From positions 407-64,406 of IMG/VR virus record IMGVR_UViG_3300034104_004892: DNA of 64,000 nt. One strand, 5' to 3'. The translations under genes and the position numbers were made by a program. Source of the DNA: a virus. Its lineage: Duplodnaviria; Caudoviricetes. The notes below the pieces were generated by a model. The model saw only the letters and a list, made by a program, of their open reading frames with translations, did not search any database and was not told the origin of the DNA. The first letter of the stretch is position 1. Each line of letters starts with the position of its first letter. Shown here one piece after another: positions 63,501 to 64,000 of the stretch.

Positions 63501-64000
63501 TTGTATCCGGCAGCCCTAGCAGCTTCATCAACCAACCCACGGGCCTGCTCTTCGTCCTTGGCCTCGAAAGCTGCTTTGTATTCGGAGTCGAGCTTCTCAG
63601 GGTTTCTGAGGCTGAATTTAGGTTCACCTTCCCAATATTCTAAAGCCGTCGGATCAGTCAAAAATGGCTTCAGCTCGGCGTACCTCTCTTGGCTGATTTT
63701 GCCGTTTATCAGCTTGCCTCTCATCAGCCTGTTGAACTGCTCAATCGTCGCAGCGTCCGCTTCTGTAGCAAAACGAAACGGTGTATCAATCAGAAAAATA
63801 TTTTCAGCTCCGTTTGCGTCAAATCCGGAAACAACATTCCCAGAATGAGCATCTTGAAGAAACACCCTTCCTTTAGGGTTGTAGTATTCTAAGTGCCTAT
63901 AAGAAGGTATCTTAAAAAAGTTTCTTTCTGCCAAAAAATCACTGATTTGCTCTTGGGACAAGGGCGCCTCGCTGATGTCAATATATGGCTGTCTTGTAAC
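60488..64000 (-). CDS. Giant polyvalent protein, C-terminal part: kinase-like, ADP-ribosyltransferase-like and HhH-glycosylase-like domains
   Basis: Frame open to the right edge (VTRQPYI..). Kinase DAHSGNV; ART-PolyVal pattern YRG..YFT..VYLKMENP..GYDGVI..VVFDPSQIKSA; glycosylase-like SPK..KVRSFYLN..TVDMW..AQEILW. Confidence 0.85.
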   Translation of the reverse strand, partial: VTRQPYIDISEAPLSQEQISDFLAERNFFKIPSYRHLEYYNPKGRVFLQDAHSGNVVSGFDANGAENIFLIDTPFRFATEADAATIEQFNRLMRGKLINGKISQERYAELKPFLTDPTALEYWEGEPKFSLRNPEKLDSEYKAAFEAKDEEQARGLVDEAARAAGYKYKMYRGVENDYLKGNAYVFEKADETYFTSDKQKAENYAYGWRSSSSPDSGAVYDVYLKMENPWIPDRITDAQGWEYYDRQLREQGYDGVIGAHGGKAAAERGDIEVAVVFDPSQIKSADPFTYDNEGNLIPLSERFNSGTGDVRFSLTNEGSPGVLEGIQMDPKEKERLLSKDALSGVQFSLNAKKSLTSEEEMRKLDALADKKAKQVDADTLPYPVNPNADSVTLPPRYGLVNANIVGMPKSFKDVQTLLNGLVTRLTNVASRDPQFALEAASFYSDMADSALKLADAIKPDVSGMEKWLSAELNMRFLALGSPKSAVAANATKSGSSVAGSASDFAAGFKIGMGEQAIGAATTQKAWKRGEHFDLSLPGVQDKVRSFYLNGLAELIELAQKEGDAAAVKELMLRAGKSMRVFEPSQTELSDAGIKEVQRLLDGKATVDMWDMAAKGEAWPGYLMTMSERNKKTEPFQWSQDKFEKKSSLATPQWQKVLKELNISGPQDLRYQQARALKIDGNAAWDEVSWEARKKQPFPDTTPFSYYTKATEAGLSPGGGGPLYDAQQAIDGMLADRLNELGFAKMFGKEKLKARNAQEILWALEKLDNPIKRNNDLSLFKASFDPFMDEIMALRGIPTAARSHLGRNVLGAMDRTYGEMARQVMPLEVVSSGTSVEAKRIQQRIADLQAAGDVNAAKTLTDSVADGLHNVINTLADKYGLKVTADRVAVGEGGYTEANQLNIAPNMRIVLRGDPARTYQVLESLSRALDQDGGNIIRKPSVRELNDVQKVKNLVLTFDTTHLSPGDRNNFFLEAAKLTDANGNPFLTGFTETEAGLAVGNQFYEGDFKAAISLNQQQLQALTSKYSIPKMAVEKAIIDTFYRGQDPSKTTTSPFAKAIYDHIASRLSATPSAAPFPQTVNFETLWRGRADSLNAAIEQYPIRTKAQIKKAKANAPQIASATKQTQAHTELKSELLAAVLRDEISKDRYKELMIEYGYAKPGKEESDESDE

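Noticed and set aside
63328-63627. Second nested ORF inside the polyvalent gene
   Set aside because: Overlaps the conserved ART domain, has a non-ATG start, and its sequence looks like an off-frame read
1-64000. Alternative genetic code or stop-codon readthrough
   Set aside because: Genes tile densely under the standard code, using TAA, TAG and TGA as stops; no suppressor tRNA

Overview
The window is an almost complete, apparently circularly permuted genome of a tailed dsDNA phage with podovirus-like organisation (portal, adaptor, nozzle and ejection proteins; no tape measure). Nearly all genes are on the minus strand. One giant polyvalent internal-virion gene runs off the left edge (6108 to <1) and appears to re-enter at the right edge (>64000 to 60488), split inside a kinase-like domain, so only a short stretch is probably missing. 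Gene order on the minus strand: ATP-grasp ligase and a peptidase-Erv1/Alr fusion; small early genes punctuated by three hammerhead ribozymes; recombination/replication genes (circularly permuted Cas4-like nuclease, Sak4-like ATPase, SSB, RusA, DUF1376 initiator, DnaC-like loader); MazG; two plus-strand tRNAs; TerS/TerL; ParB-like; portal; scaffold; two glycosyltransferases; a secreted FGE-sulfatase-fold protein; major capsid; fibres; lysis cassette; adaptor; nozzle; ejection proteins. A Verrucomicrobia-like host is inferred only weakly, from the style of the FGE and DnaX-like domains and the A/C-rich, mostly SD-less leaders. Top candidates for new biology: (1) type II hammerheads placed just after stop codons, each with a conserved self-inactivating hairpin, two of which flank one gene and could excise and circularise a 385-nt mRNA; (2) three ejection proteins that start MGG and end in a shared 'P-x-x-x-G-x-x-F-G-G-X' tail, in a genome with a PurD-like glycine-ligase ATP-grasp and an adjacent metallopeptidase (a possible protein-ligation system); (3) a phage Erv1/Alr thiol oxidase together with Cys-rich virion proteins; (4) an overprinted ORF just upstream of the kinase domain. 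All annotations come from motif recognition by eye; no database searches were run.
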